From Dimorphilus gyrociliatus (taxonomy: Eukaryota; Animalia; Annelida), in NCBI GenBank assembly GCA_904063045.1, contig CAJFCJ010000034.1, positions 124,001-188,000 of the forward strand: a DNA stretch of 64,000 nucleotides, written 5' to 3'. The position numbers were made by a program, and so were the translations under genes. Positions 1 through 13,400 of the stretch are shown one piece after another (the stretch's first letter is position 1; every line of letters begins with the position of its first letter). Under the pieces are notes generated by a model. The model was not told the origin of the DNA. It did no database searches and saw only the letters and a program-made list of their open reading frames with translations.

Positions 1-2727
1 TTTTCATTCAAATAACGTTGAATTTTCGCCATTTCATCACTTTTCCTTGAACTAACCGAGTTGATTATTCTTCGTATGTTTGAACTGTTGGAATGCGTAC
101 TGCTGAACAAGCACAAAGAGAGAACTAGAGAAAGTACTATTGCGCAAGTCGAGCTCATTCTCTCGATGCTTTTTGAAGTAATAACGAAAATTCATGGCAA
201 CTATTCCTTAAATAGCGAATTACCGCTTTAGCTTAATCTACGAATGTTGGTTAATTATAGAAATTAATCGGATTGATTGTGAACAATCCGGCTGTTAGTT
301 GGGTACGGATTTAAGTGAATTTGCTGTGTCACACCAACATCTATGAAATGAAATTGTCTGCGCAATGTTGTCTCTGTCAATAGAAAGCAAGGTAAATCTG
401 CAGTGCTGGGCCTAGTGCAGGGGTGTAGGGCAATGGTGAGCCGTATAAGCTCCCTGTTGTGGATAAACCGAGCTGGTTTGAAACTAGAGCAAGTGGAAAG
501 TAATAATAGACTAGATGTGGTACAGCGGTGAAAGCTGATTAAAGTAATCCATATATGGTAAATTGTTTTTGTTGACTCTTGTCAAGGTGACTTTTATAAT
601 TTGATGGGCGCGATGACGTTTTGTTGGCCGGTTTCACAGCCGACGAATTTAGTCTCAGCGTATCTTCACTGTGCACGGGGCTAGGATGAAGAGAACGAGC
701 TGTGCTTTGTGATGATTGGCAGCGTGTATTGTTTATAAGTTTATACAATTTTCATTTCGAAAGAAATAATATTTTCTAGAAAACTCGTCGGAATGAACTC
801 TTAAAGGCAGATGGTTGCTTTCCCCAAAATGCCTCAAATACTCGGACATGAAGTATACAACTTTGTCGAGAGGTTGATTTTTACCAATAAATTCCATAGC
901 GAGAACAAACGATCTAATGAATTTACTGCCGTAGTTATTTGCGGGTGATGGAGAGTCTGTAGGAAACAATGCATCAAATCATTTATTACAGGATGTTACT
1001 GCCGTTCGCTTGGCTTACCTTTAAGAGTACAAAGAACCGAGAAGATATCTCTGGCTGCGTGTGATACATATCTATTTGTGACGTTCCGTGGGCAGGCAAC
1101 GTGGTCATCGCAAGGGATGGGTTTGATTGCAACTCTTTGATCAACGAATGATTGATCCCTCTCGGAGTTTTCTACTTTTCGAAAAGTGTGTTATTATTTT
1201 GAAATAAAAGAAAAGATGAAAGAAATCTTACGTTGATTGTGAACTTGAAAGAAAAATAGCTTTGGTTTTCCCTGGAATTGGTGAAAGTCGCTGTCGACGT
1301 AATTTATAAATTCATTAAATTCGAACGTGGAATTGTTGCTTAGGAAAAACAAGTTGTTGTTTCCGTCGGCTAAAATAAAGAATATTAGAGATTGAACGTT
1401 CATCTCATTTTCATTCGACGTTGAAAGATTCGTTTTCAGTGATCGAATTTTCCTTTCACATTCGTCTCTGTCAATATTTCTCCACAGTACTATTTCATGT
1501 TTTAGGTTTGCGAAGATTATTTTCAGATTTATCCAGTCGTTTTCCGATCTTGCTCCGTTCCCATCGTCAATGATTATTACAACGACCTGGTTTCTTGATG
1601 TTGTATCGTAAATGTTCTGTCAGAAAGATGATGTTGCTGTTAGCTATGTTACGGTTAATTTCTATAAAATTAGCAAAAAGCCTACGCCATCGCTCAAGCC
1701 ACGTCTGATGTCATGCTGGCTAGTAATCTCGCAGTGTTGCATTGCTGAGGAAAGGAAGACATTTCTTTCTAAACAGAAAGAAAAGAAGAATTGTAAAAGG
1801 AATTGAAAACATTACTGAAGATCAATTTTTTTACCGAATTTGCAGAAAAATTTCTGAAAGTTTTCATCTAATTGCTGTTGCGTGAGATTTTCTGCAATTG
1901 CTTCTTTGTATGAGATGAATTCTTCAAACAGACCGTTGTAATTTCTAATATCTGGCTTTACTTGGAACTGAATGTCGGACTGCAAATTTTCCATTGACAT
2001 GTCCAACGGTAAAGTTATCGAGGCCGTTTCACCTTTGAATGGAGCAGTGACAAATGTTGAAAAGGTTAGTTTATTTGCTTGTTTGAATAGAAATATTACC
2101 AGATGTGTAATTGCTGAAAATTTGATAAAAACTCTTATGACAACTTTTGTGTGGTTCTGATGTTAAGGTAATTTGAATTCCATATTGTTTTAAATGTTTA
2201 AACTGCTCACGGAAGTGTAACTTCAACGTTGAATTAGAATGCTGTACATTCTTGGCGGTGCCTGTCTGATGTTTCAATTAATTTCATTAGAAAAACGTTT
2301 AAAAGATATTGCTTTTATTTAATTTGTCTTACTACGCCGAGTGGTTCGTTTAGACTATAATAAATGTTTAATCTTGAACCTCTGTTCATATTTTGAATGG
2401 AAATGAAATAGTGAATGTAAAGCATTTTGTCCTTTTCCCAATTTTCAAGTAGACCATGATCACTAAAGCCTGTGATTTTTAGGCAGGCAAATCCTGAAGC
2501 CTTGTCAAAAATTGCGTTTTTAGAAACATTGTTAGTTGAGATTTCAGCGCCATTTTTATAAACCAACAGCGGTTTGATGTATAAATCGACAGGTTGAAAA
2601 AAGCAAAGTCCTGTTGGTCGACAGTCCACAAAGTTTTGAAATCTAATTGTGCCTGATGACTTGTCAATTTCATACGAACATTTACTTTGTATTGATAAAA
2701 CTGTTGGTTTGTCCAAACCATTCTCAG
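1..2727. repeat. Copy 1 (left part outside window) of a 5493-bp tandem duplication; matches 5494-8220
   Basis: All ORFs recur at offset +5493 with identical translation; sequences diverge right after ...ccattctcag at 2727/8220. Confidence 0.97.
733..2727 (-). pseudogene. 5'-truncated duplicate of the caspase-like gene
   Basis: Same exons as 6226-8220 but cut at the 2727/2728 junction, with no 5' exons. Confidence 0.8.
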
Positions 2728-4259
2728 AAACGTATTGCAGAAAAGCGACGATCTGCAAACAACCGCCTGCACAACAGGACAAGGAGAAGTGATGACAAAA
2801 TCTGTGAAGAAGGCTCTAAGCCAGGTGGCAGGAGCGGTTCACGAAAAATACTACGGTTGTGGTATAGTCATACCGCCTGCACTTGAAGGTTATTCAGTTC
2901 TAGATTTGGGATGTGGAGCTGGTAGGGACTGCTTTTGTCTGAGTAAGTTGGTGGGACCAAATGGGTTTGTTACTGGTTTGGATATGACACAAGAGCAGGT
3001 AGCTTTCCCATTGCAATTTTGTTCCCAATTTGTTCACATTACTACAACCTTGACCCCTAATATGTTGACTAGTAGTTGTTTAGATAGATAAGCAATTGTA
3101 CTAATAGATAAGATACAGTATAGTAAGCTGTATCCCGATTAGTTGGTCAGTTAAAATACACAATGTTTGTTGATTAGCTGGACGTGGCGGATGAAAACAT
3201 AGATTATCATACGAGACAATTTGGCTATTCTAAACCAAATGTAGAATTTAAACGAGGATTTATAGAGAAATTGACTGATGCCGGAATTGAGGAAAATTCA
3301 TATGACGTCATTGTGTAAGCGTTACTCTTTCGAAAGTTGAAATAAGACTTTGGCTGCAATAACTATGAAGTTGCTTACTTATTCAGATCAAATTGCGTGT
3401 TGAACCTGTCGCCGGACAAACAAGCCGTTCTATGGCAGGCCTACAAAGTTCTAAAAGTAACAATCACTTTAAAATGTTTACACGGCGTTAATTGAGTGCA
3501 AAAATGATTTTCAGGAAGGAGGCGAGTTGTATTTTAGCGATGTCTATGCGGATCGTCGTTTGTCGGGTGATATTCTAAAGCATAAAACTTTATGGGGTTT
3601 GTAAATGCGTTTATTAGAGAGAGTAATAGGCATTTGACTGATTGAATTGCTGTTTAGGCGAGTGTTTTGCGGGCGCACTGTATTGGCGTGACCTAATTGA
3701 TATAGCGACAAGGGTGGGATTCAGCACTCCACTTTTAGTTAACGCCAGTGTCATTGACCTGAAGAATAAGGAGTTGCAGAGAGTTGTTGGTGAGTAAGCC
3801 CCTAAAATAGCGGTGTTGACAAGTAATGATTATTTTTGAAACGACTAGGTGACGCGAAATTCGTGTCTGCAACCTACAGACTTTTCAAAGTGGGAAGAGA
3901 GAAGGCGACGCCGCACACTTGCTATACCGTGTACAAAGGAGGAATAGAGGATTACGAAGAAGCTTTCAAGTTTGACTACTCAAACATTTTCAAGGTTATT
4001 TTATCTATCAATAAAATTAAACATTCCAAAAATAAACTCATTTTTCAACAAGTAGAGAAATGAAATTGTGCCAATTTCCGGTTTGGTCAGCGAGGCGTTG
4101 AAGGCGTCACGTTACTCGGGCTACTTTGATTTCAAAGACAATGGAGAAGACCTGGAGATAATCGACCCATTCGCAATTGTAGCCCAATCGTCAGCAAACT
4201 CTACCAGCAGTTCACCAAACAACGTTAACGACTGTTGCTTGAAAAACTGCCGCAATTGA
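2728..4259 (+). CDS. AS3MT: Arsenite methyltransferase, 7 exons visible (about 2728-2998, 3178-3314, 3387-3456, 3515-3596, 3658-3790, 3849-3993, 4056-4259); start and first ~15 codons missing at the duplication junction
   Basis: LQKSDDLQTTAC, KYYGCG, VLDLGCGAGRD (SAM motif I), SNCVLNL, GGELYFSDVY, LWGECFAGALYW, C-terminal CC; colinear with human AS3MT. Confidence 0.95.
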
Positions 4260-4518
4260 GCCGTAGTGGACACTATTTTTCATAAATTACACATGTTATC
4301 TTGAGTATTACTGAATAAATGAAACGAATATTCACACTGCTGGTGAATAAATAAAACCTTTGTTGACTTTCCTAAAAAGGAACTTAGCGCCACCTGCTCG
4401 TTTTAAAAAATGCAAATAGCTTTCCCGAAATTGGAATTTCCCCACATTCAAAACCATACTATTTACCAACCGTATAAAACGGGCAAATCGATATGTTTTC
4501 GAATATTCACTCATCAGA

Positions 4519-5128
4519 ATGGAAGCGATGTACTTCTTGTTTGGACTACTTTGTGTGGGTAAGTTTGAAGCGAAAATACACTGCAAAACATAACAGCTTC
4601 AGATTGATTTTATTGAAAAGTGTCGGCTCTTCCAAATGCGCTTGCTGACAAATGTTACGACGAAGGTGTAGACTGTGCCAAAGAAAAGAGGAATGAGATA
4701 TTGGATATTATCGCTACAGATCAATACGATATGGAAAAGATTTGTCCAATTGTAACTGAAGTAGAAAAGTGCTTTAAAGATGAGACTCCTTCTTGCTCGG
4801 CTGAAAAGAGGGAAGATGCTTTGAGCTATACGACCAAGTTTTGCAAAACAGGTTAGTTGACTTTGTTGGTTTCGTTTCCTTGTTCTATTAGAGATTGATT
4901 GAAATTTCTACTTCGTTAGGCTGTAGAGACGAGTTGAAAAAGTGTAATGAAATAATTAAGAAGGACAGCTCGAAGCAATACTGCTGCGAATTAGGTGCCG
5001 TTAAGAAATGTGGCGCTTTCAACGACTTGGCCAAGGAGATTTTGTATGATAAAACTTGTGCAGGCTGCAGACTTGGCGTTGTTCCGTTTTTGACATTGAT
5101 GGCATTTGTATTTCAAAGGCTTTTATAA
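4519..5128 (+). CDS. Secreted Cys-rich protein with hydrophobic (GPI-signal-like) tail, family member 1; exons 4519-4558, 4621-4851, 4920-5128
   Basis: Signal peptide MEAMYFLFGLLCVVSA, GT-AG phase-1 introns, conserved Cys spacing, apolar C-terminus. Confidence 0.8.
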
Positions 5129-5212
5129 CTTAAACAACTGTTGTAGTTGTCTATAGAAACTAGGATGCTTATTAAGAAATCGGCCATATTTGATATCTTG
5201 TAAATGTATGAG

Positions 5213-5651
5213 TCACGTGACTGTTTTTGAATAAACCGTAGCAAATTCATTAATTTCTTTGCAGTTCAAATAATTATTTTGTTGGCAAATTTCGGTAAAA
5301 TCCGACGGACCAATGCCGGAAATTTGAAATATCGTAGAACCCAGCACAAAGCAACTGGAGTTTTTGATCCATAGTTTGTCATTATAGCATTTTATCCAAA
5401 AACCGTTGAGACTATGATTGTCCCGTCTCTGTTTTGTAAAAGTGGAGATACTGAGTTTTGACAGAAATACAATCTTTATAGTAGCGACTTACTTTTTCAT
5501 TCAAATAACGTTGAATTTTCGCCATTTCATCACTTTTCCTTGAACTAACCGAGTTGATTATTCTTCGTATGTTTGAACTGTTGGAATGCGTACTGCTGAA
5601 CAAGCACAAAGAGAGAACTAGAGAAAGTACTATTGCGCAAGTCGAGCTCAT
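5213..5651 (-). CDS. Small secreted propeptide (~124 aa); exons 5651-5493 and 5428-5213
   Basis: Signal peptide MSSTCAIVLSLVLSLCLFSSTHS; GTAAGT donor and CAG acceptor join in frame; KRR site followed by a 4-Cys region. First exon also present at 1-158. Confidence 0.6.
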
Positions 5652-8220
5652 TCTCTCGATGCTTTTTGAAGTAATAACGAAAATTCATGGCAACTATTCC
5701 TTAAATAGCGAATTACCGCTTTAGCTTAATCTACGAATGTTGGTTAATTATAGAAATTAATCGGATTGATTGTGAACAATCCGGCTGTTAGTTGGGTACG
5801 GATTTAAGTGAATTTGCTGTGTCACACCAACATCTATGAAATGAAATTGTCTGCGCAATGTTGTCTCTGTCAATAGAAAGCAAGGTAAATCTGCAGTGCT
5901 GGGCCTAGTGCAGGGGTGTAGGGCAATGGTGAGCCGTATAAGCTCCCTGTTGTGGATAAACCGAGCTGGTTTGAAACTAGAGCAAGTGGAAAGTAATAAT
6001 AGACTAGATGTGGTACAGCGGTGAAAGCTGATTAAAGTAATCCATATATGGTAAATTGTTTTTGTTGACTCTTGTCAAGGTGACTTTTATAATTTGATGG
6101 GCGCGATGACGTTTTGTTGGCCGGTTTCACAGCCGACGAATTTAGTCTCAGCGTATCTTCACTGTGCACGGGGCTAGGATGAAGAGAACGAGCTGTGCTT
6201 TGTGATGATTGGCAGCGTGTATTGTTTATAAGTTTATACAATTTTCATTTCGAAAGAAATAATATTTTCTAGAAAACTCGTCGGAATGAACTCTTAAAGG
6301 CAGATGGTTGCTTTCCCCAAAATGCCTCAAATACTCGGACATGAAGTATACAACTTTGTCGAGAGGTTGATTTTTACCAATAAATTCCATAGCGAGAACA
6401 AACGATCTAATGAATTTACTGCCGTAGTTATTTGCGGGTGATGGAGAGTCTGTAGGAAACAATGCATCAAATCATTTATTACAGGATGTTACTGCCGTTC
6501 GCTTGGCTTACCTTTAAGAGTACAAAGAACCGAGAAGATATCTCTGGCTGCGTGTGATACATATCTATTTGTGACGTTCCGTGGGCAGGCAACGTGGTCA
6601 TCGCAAGGGATGGGTTTGATTGCAACTCTTTGATCAACGAATGATTGATCCCTCTCGGAGTTTTCTACTTTTCGAAAAGTGTGTTATTATTTTGAAATAA
6701 AAGAAAAGATGAAAGAAATCTTACGTTGATTGTGAACTTGAAAGAAAAATAGCTTTGGTTTTCCCTGGAATTGGTGAAAGTCGCTGTCGACGTAATTTAT
6801 AAATTCATTAAATTCGAACGTGGAATTGTTGCTTAGGAAAAACAAGTTGTTGTTTCCGTCGGCTAAAATAAAGAATATTAGAGATTGAACGTTCATCTCA
6901 TTTTCATTCGACGTTGAAAGATTCGTTTTCAGTGATCGAATTTTCCTTTCACATTCGTCTCTGTCAATATTTCTCCACAGTACTATTTCATGTTTTAGGT
7001 TTGCGAAGATTATTTTCAGATTTATCCAGTCGTTTTCCGATCTTGCTCCGTTCCCATCGTCAATGATTATTACAACGACCTGGTTTCTTGATGTTGTATC
7101 GTAAATGTTCTGTCAGAAAGATGATGTTGCTGTTAGCTATGTTACGGTTAATTTCTATAAAATTAGCAAAAAGCCTACGCCATCGCTCAAGCCACGTCTG
7201 ATGTCATGCTGGCTAGTAATCTCGCAGTGTTGCATTGCTGAGGAAAGGAAGACATTTCTTTCTAAACAGAAAGAAAAGAAGAATTGTAAAAGGAATTGAA
7301 AACATTACTGAAGATCAATTTTTTTACCGAATTTGCAGAAAAATTTCTGAAAGTTTTCATCTAATTGCTGTTGCGTGAGATTTTCTGCAATTGCTTCTTT
7401 GTATGAGATGAATTCTTCAAACAGACCGTTGTAATTTCTAATATCTGGCTTTACTTGGAACTGAATGTCGGACTGCAAATTTTCCATTGACATGTCCAAC
7501 GGTAAAGTTATCGAGGCCGTTTCACCTTTGAATGGAGCAGTGACAAATGTTGAAAAGGTTAGTTTATTTGCTTGTTTGAATAGAAATATTACCAGATGTG
7601 TAATTGCTGAAAATTTGATAAAAACTCTTATGACAACTTTTGTGTGGTTCTGATGTTAAGGTAATTTGAATTCCATATTGTTTTAAATGTTTAAACTGCT
7701 CACGGAAGTGTAACTTCAACGTTGAATTAGAATGCTGTACATTCTTGGCGGTGCCTGTCTGATGTTTCAATTAATTTCATTAGAAAAACGTTTAAAAGAT
7801 ATTGCTTTTATTTAATTTGTCTTACTACGCCGAGTGGTTCGTTTAGACTATAATAAATGTTTAATCTTGAACCTCTGTTCATATTTTGAATGGAAATGAA
7901 ATAGTGAATGTAAAGCATTTTGTCCTTTTCCCAATTTTCAAGTAGACCATGATCACTAAAGCCTGTGATTTTTAGGCAGGCAAATCCTGAAGCCTTGTCA
8001 AAAATTGCGTTTTTAGAAACATTGTTAGTTGAGATTTCAGCGCCATTTTTATAAACCAACAGCGGTTTGATGTATAAATCGACAGGTTGAAAAAAGCAAA
8101 GTCCTGTTGGTCGACAGTCCACAAAGTTTTGAAATCTAATTGTGCCTGATGACTTGTCAATTTCATACGAACATTTACTTTGTATTGATAAAACTGTTGG
8201 TTTGTCCAAACCATTCTCAG
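5494..8220. repeat. Copy 2 of the duplicated block (matches 1-2727); full repeat unit is 2728-8220
   Basis: Direct sequence comparison at offset 5493. Confidence 0.97.
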
Positions 8221-8701
8221 TGAGGACCAATTTTGCATTATGAATTTTTAATGTTAGTTTTTTACCAATGTAATACTTGATTGAAAATCTGCAGTTTTCA
8301 CTTTCCAGTCTCTCCATCAAAGGAAATTGATCTTTTAAAATGTTTTTGTTATTTGAAGTGAGATTAATGTGAATATCTTTTCGGTTTACAAAGAAATGCT
8401 CTCCAAATATGTAACCTCGGCTCAGTAAATTGATATTAATGACTTTCATTTCATGATGGCTATTTATGTATAAATGTAAACTATCTTCAACGCAATTCTT
8501 CATTTCAATCTCTTTAAGATACACTAGATTTTTCAAATTATTTAATTCCGTAGAATTATCTCTAATAGTCACTAAGCAACAAATATCATCATGGCAAATC
8601 CTTTGGGCTTGAATACAAATAAACAATGTGGCATTTTTCCTTTCGACTATGCCTAATGGAAAGTCTTTAGAAATTGTTTTCGATGAAATTTCTATACGCA
8701 T
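6226..8701 (-). CDS. Caspase-like protein (peptidase C14 fold) lacking catalytic His and Cys, with a long N-terminal extension; multi-exon, true start probably upstream of 8701
   Basis: Spliced in frame via GT-AG introns: NIYDTTSRNQVVVIII...SLIFFILADG...FQGKPKLFFFQVHNQ...DIFSVLCTLK...GSKFIRSFV...FSRKYYFF, matching p20/p10 motif order. Confidence 0.8.
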
Positions 8702-9375
8702 AAATATAGATTCGAAAACTTATTGTTATCTTTGGATGTTTATTGATAGGAAAAAGGGTAATTTGAATCCGTTTGAAAGAAGAAAAATGCTACTGTATAA
8801 CTATTTGCATGTAATACGAAAATTGTTACTTTTTCACCTGATACTTTTTCTTTAAAATGAAATAGACTAATGCTGTTTCGGATAATTAAGCTATCAATAA
8901 TGATTTCTTTAAATCAGTTTTATATGCTTTTTCACACTACTATGGCGTCTTTATTGACCGCAATACACAAATATAAATTTGATTGGGAATATGCAGAAAT
9001 ACAAATTATAGAATGCAAAAGTATCGAATAATACTCGACCTTTCGGAAATATATCGTTCTTTACTCTATTGAACATTCAATACGTAACATGGTTAGGAGG
9101 GAAACACGTAGTTTTCTAATGATATATTTTACAACTATTGAAATATCTTTCATAGCGAAATTGAAGGGTCTACTATGAAGATCGTGACTACTGGTAGTAT
9201 AATTCATTGGCCGACCATTCATTGCCCCGACAAATGAATTTCTCTTCTATAGCAGAGAATAAAAATGAGTCAACTAATTCAAAAAATTGATCCTATAAAG
9301 TTCGGTTCATGATTGCATTTTAAAGCAAGTTTTCATAAGATTAAGAGAGGAGAAATTAATATTTCATATTTAAAA

Positions 9376-9979
9376 ATGAAAGTAATCTATTCAGTGTTAA
9401 TTTTATTCTTTATCAATTCAAGTAAGACTTGCTAATTGAACATTTTGTCTATATATAATATTCATTTCTTACTCAGATTTGAATTTCGAATATGGTTCAG
9501 CTGATTGCAATACTGAAGTAAATAAATGCCTTGAACCAGCGTTAAAAGGCTTTAATGATATAACTAATAAATACTATTATGATATGGATAAGATATGTCC
9601 ATTTATGAAAACTTTACAAAACTGCGCAAAAGATAATATGGAAGCTTGCACAAATGGTACTCGCGACTCTGCTATTGAATATAGTAAGAAAATTTGTGGA
9701 ACAGGTGAATAAACTTTTCGTTTTAAATATTTATTACTTTAACTTTAAAGGTATTATTTTGCAGATTGTAAAAAACAATTAGTAGGTTGTAATGTTAAAA
9801 TTAAAAATATGGAATCGACAAAAAAATGCTGCGAAATATCGGCCCTTAAACAATGTGGTGCCTTGAATAGCTTTTCAACAACTTACATCTACCCTCAAAC
9901 ATGCGCAGGATCTAAGCCAACATTATATTTGATCACGATCTTATTACTCATGACTCTTATTAAAAAATTAATATTGTAA
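9376..9979 (+). CDS. Secreted Cys-rich GPI-type protein, family member 2; exons 9376-9421, 9477-9704, 9765-9979
   Basis: Signal peptide MKVIYSVLILFFINS; YDMDKICP vs YDMEKICP in member 1; same intron positions. Confidence 0.8.
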
Positions 9980-10435
9980 ACAATCACTTTTCCTTTTCAA
10001 ATATTAATCAATTTATCTATAGTTTTCAATCGTTTTAGTTATCGTTTGTAGACGACGTCTCTCTCTCTCTTTCTCTCTCTGTGACTCATTTTTGCATATT
10101 GTATATATTATAGAAATTTTATGTACTTTATTGAAAATTTAATCTCTATACTTATTAAAAAATAATACATCTTCTCTCCTCTTTACATTAATACTTAATA
10201 CCTTTTATCTCCGTTATTATTGTTGTTGTTATTATTATTTAGAGAAATATTGTAAAAGTTTTATTAATTTATAACATAGGCCTATAATATAGGTCTTTTA
10301 TTAAATACAAAAAAGAGAAATGAAAATTGTATATAGTAATCAGATCACTATGAAAATAAATTAAATACAAAAATACTTCAAGATCGTGTTACAAATAGAA
10401 ATTGTATGAAATTTTAATTTTAGAATATTTAGCTC

Positions 10436-10468
10436 ATTTCTTCTTCTTCTTCTTCTTCTTCTTCTTCT
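10436..10468 (+). repeat. (CTT)n microsatellite
   Basis: Direct reading. Confidence 0.9.
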
Positions 10469-13400
10469 ATGTTCTACATGTGAACTATTGTTACTGAAAA
10501 CAATTATGTAAATCCTAAATACACAGTCACGATAATAAATAATCGTTGTAAAGGATAAAAAGTTTTTAACATATGAATTGTTTTATAACTAAAAATATGT
10601 TTATAATGTGGATTATTTCATAAGCTATTAAGTAGTTTTTACACGGTTGCTATGACACCTAAAATTAAGAGTTGACGTCCGCCAAACTCCATACAATAGC
10701 AAAGAAAATTAAATTGTAGATTACAAAAAGAAATGGAGGTTCTTAATCCAAACTGTACTGCATAAAGAAATTCTATAAAAGTGTTCTCTGTGCCTTTTTA
10801 TATATCACTGTCTTAGACGTAAAATGGAAAAGGTTTTTTATACAAATACAAGTTGAATGGGAAGAATTGGAAAATAGGCCAGCTCTAAATAGGAAACAAA
10901 TTAACTAAATACAACAGTTTTTGCAAGCAAAACTACAGATAGAGATTTAGTATAATGATATAGACAAATGAAAAGTATACAACACCAAATGGTCACATGT
11001 TTAAAAGTTTTTTCTTTATATTCATGTCATTTGCTTGTGTTTTGCCTTATTTAGGATAATTTATACGTACGTCATGCATATACGTCATTTTGCCTATAGG
11101 CAGATAATACAGCATTTATATAAATATATACCTTCCTTCCGTGAACATCTAGATATATTAGCATTAAGGTAAAAATTTTAATAATAAGTTATGCATTTCT
11201 CAATGGATAAAACAGTTAAAGAGTTCTTTTGGAAAATTGCCTTAAACGGATTTTAACCTATTACGTGTTGTATTTTCAGTTTCTTTTTGTACGATTAATC
11301 AATACCTTAAAGTTCAATAATAGGTATATCGAATGAACTGGCGGGAAATTTTTTTAGTATAAATATTTCCCCGTTAGCCATTTATTTCTTAATTAGTGAA
11401 TGTTCACTTTCTCTATTAGTAAGTTCTATTATTTTCGTTTCGTTCAATTTTTTCTTTCTTTCCAAACGTTAAGAAAAGATTGACAATTTCTCGTTTTCAT
11501 TTAAGAGTGAAACTATACTATAATAGTAGTTTATTATTATATACTTAGTAGTTAAAGGTTAAAAGCGCACTCTGCCGGTAATTAACGAAGTATAAGGAAG
11601 GTAATTTTTCGTCCGAGATTGATTTTTACTGCATTTTTCTTATGAACAACCGTAAAGAAGGGAAGTAAACTTCAAAGGTTAACACATTCGTTTATAGTCT
11701 TGATTATAAATTTTTTATCCGACAACAGGTTTGACAAAGAAAAATGATCTTTTGAAAGGATAATTCATTGCCTCAAATATAAAATATCTTGATTCTGTAA
11801 AACATAGTGGAATTAAGTCCTCTTCGGTATTTTTTGAAATAAATAAGCGAATGGGACCTAATTACACAATATTTTATGTTTCAATTGCAACGAATTTGCA
11901 TCTAATTTCTTTGGAAAAAGAGGTAAATGCAACAAATTCCTTCTACAGTTTCGTAACCTTCAAAGTTAATGAATATATGAATAACAATATTTATTCTTCC
12001 TTTATAAATCTGTTGGAATAAAGTAAATAGAATTAAATTAACTTTAAAAAGGGCATTTTCCTAATTTATTGTATGATAAATAAATACTAATTGACCGGTC
12101 AAATAATCTTAAACAAAAGAAACCTTTCTCCCCTTTTACTTTCTATATATATTCAAGGAATGTTCACAGATACTCTTTAGCGTTTCTCTTTTATATAAAA
12201 ATAATAAAACGGAACATAAAAATAGACAGGAAAATCTTTGCATTTCTCGTCATATTTCATACGTTCAATACTTGTATTTACTTAAGTCAACAGTAAAACT
12301 ATAAAGGCTTGAAGTAATCATTAAAAGCATTTTTTTAATATAACTTTAAGATATATTCTTTAAGTGAAATTCTTAAATTTTATGTTTAACTAGTAAAAGG
12401 GGAACAAGTAGTATTATATCTCTACTGATTGATAGCCTCTTGTTGCGCGCTGATATCTAAATTTGTATGTCTATTTTAATAGATACAAGCCGTGACTGGC
12501 ACAACTTGCAGCCATTCTGTTTAAAAATACATTTTTTTTCATATTACATTAGCTCATTACCTACAACAAATATCCTTTATTATCGCCTTTAATAGACATT
12601 CGCTGGAATTAAAAACAAAGGAATACCAGTACAAATGCGCAAGAATTAATTAAAATAATACAAAAACCTCTCTCCCTCTCTCTCTCTCTCTCTGCTATAA
12701 TAGAATAGAAATAAACAATATAATTACTTATAAATATACATCTATACAGAGAATTATACTAGATGGGTATTAACAATTTCATTAAGGGTTACTAAGATAC
12801 TTCTCTTCCTCCTTTGTCTTATAAAATACTTAATTAAATATTTACAAAATCGGCATACATTCATCTATTCAAACAAATACAGTTTTATTTGTTTGAATAT
12901 CAATATCTAGTCTTGATTTTCGTAGATTTTTTGTTTTTGAATATATTATAAAACTGTAGAAAACTTCCTCTTTCCTCTTTTTTCCTTTCCATTAAATATA
13001 TTTAGTAGATATCGTTTGCTCTTTTAACTTTTTACTTATAATAAAGTTTGAATAGTCATTATGGCGTTAATACGATTATTCTTTAGTTTAGTTCTTTATT
13101 CCTTGACAACTAAAAATAAAACAAATAGAAAATTGTTAAAATAATGTTTTACTTAACTTTTATTATACAAAAATAATTCAATTCGTATTAATTTATCCTT
13201 TTGATGATAGATAGTCAAACAAAATATATTCTATGTGTTATTGTTAGTCCCGTAACCTTAACAACCAACGCTACTAACAACTACCCATACCCTATTTGTT
13301 TTTCACCTGCGTCTAAAATGGAAGACTTTTCGTATAAAATATTAACTATTATTTCATTCCTTTTTCCATATTTTAATTATAGGAAATTGTAATATGGCCG

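Noticed and set aside
1570-1680. Apparent frameshift at the start of the caspase p20 region (YNIKKPGR vs VVIII)
   Set aside because: A ~69-nt intron ending at CTGACAG gives the in-frame NIYDTTSRNQVVVIII
2315-2782. 155-aa ORF starting MSCCAGGC as a functional fusion gene
   Set aside because: Its first ~25 codons are antisense AS3MT read across the junction, with a non-ATG start
11560-12010. Coding-like stretch on the minus strand
   Set aside because: Stops in all frames and no recognisable family; at best an unidentifiable relic
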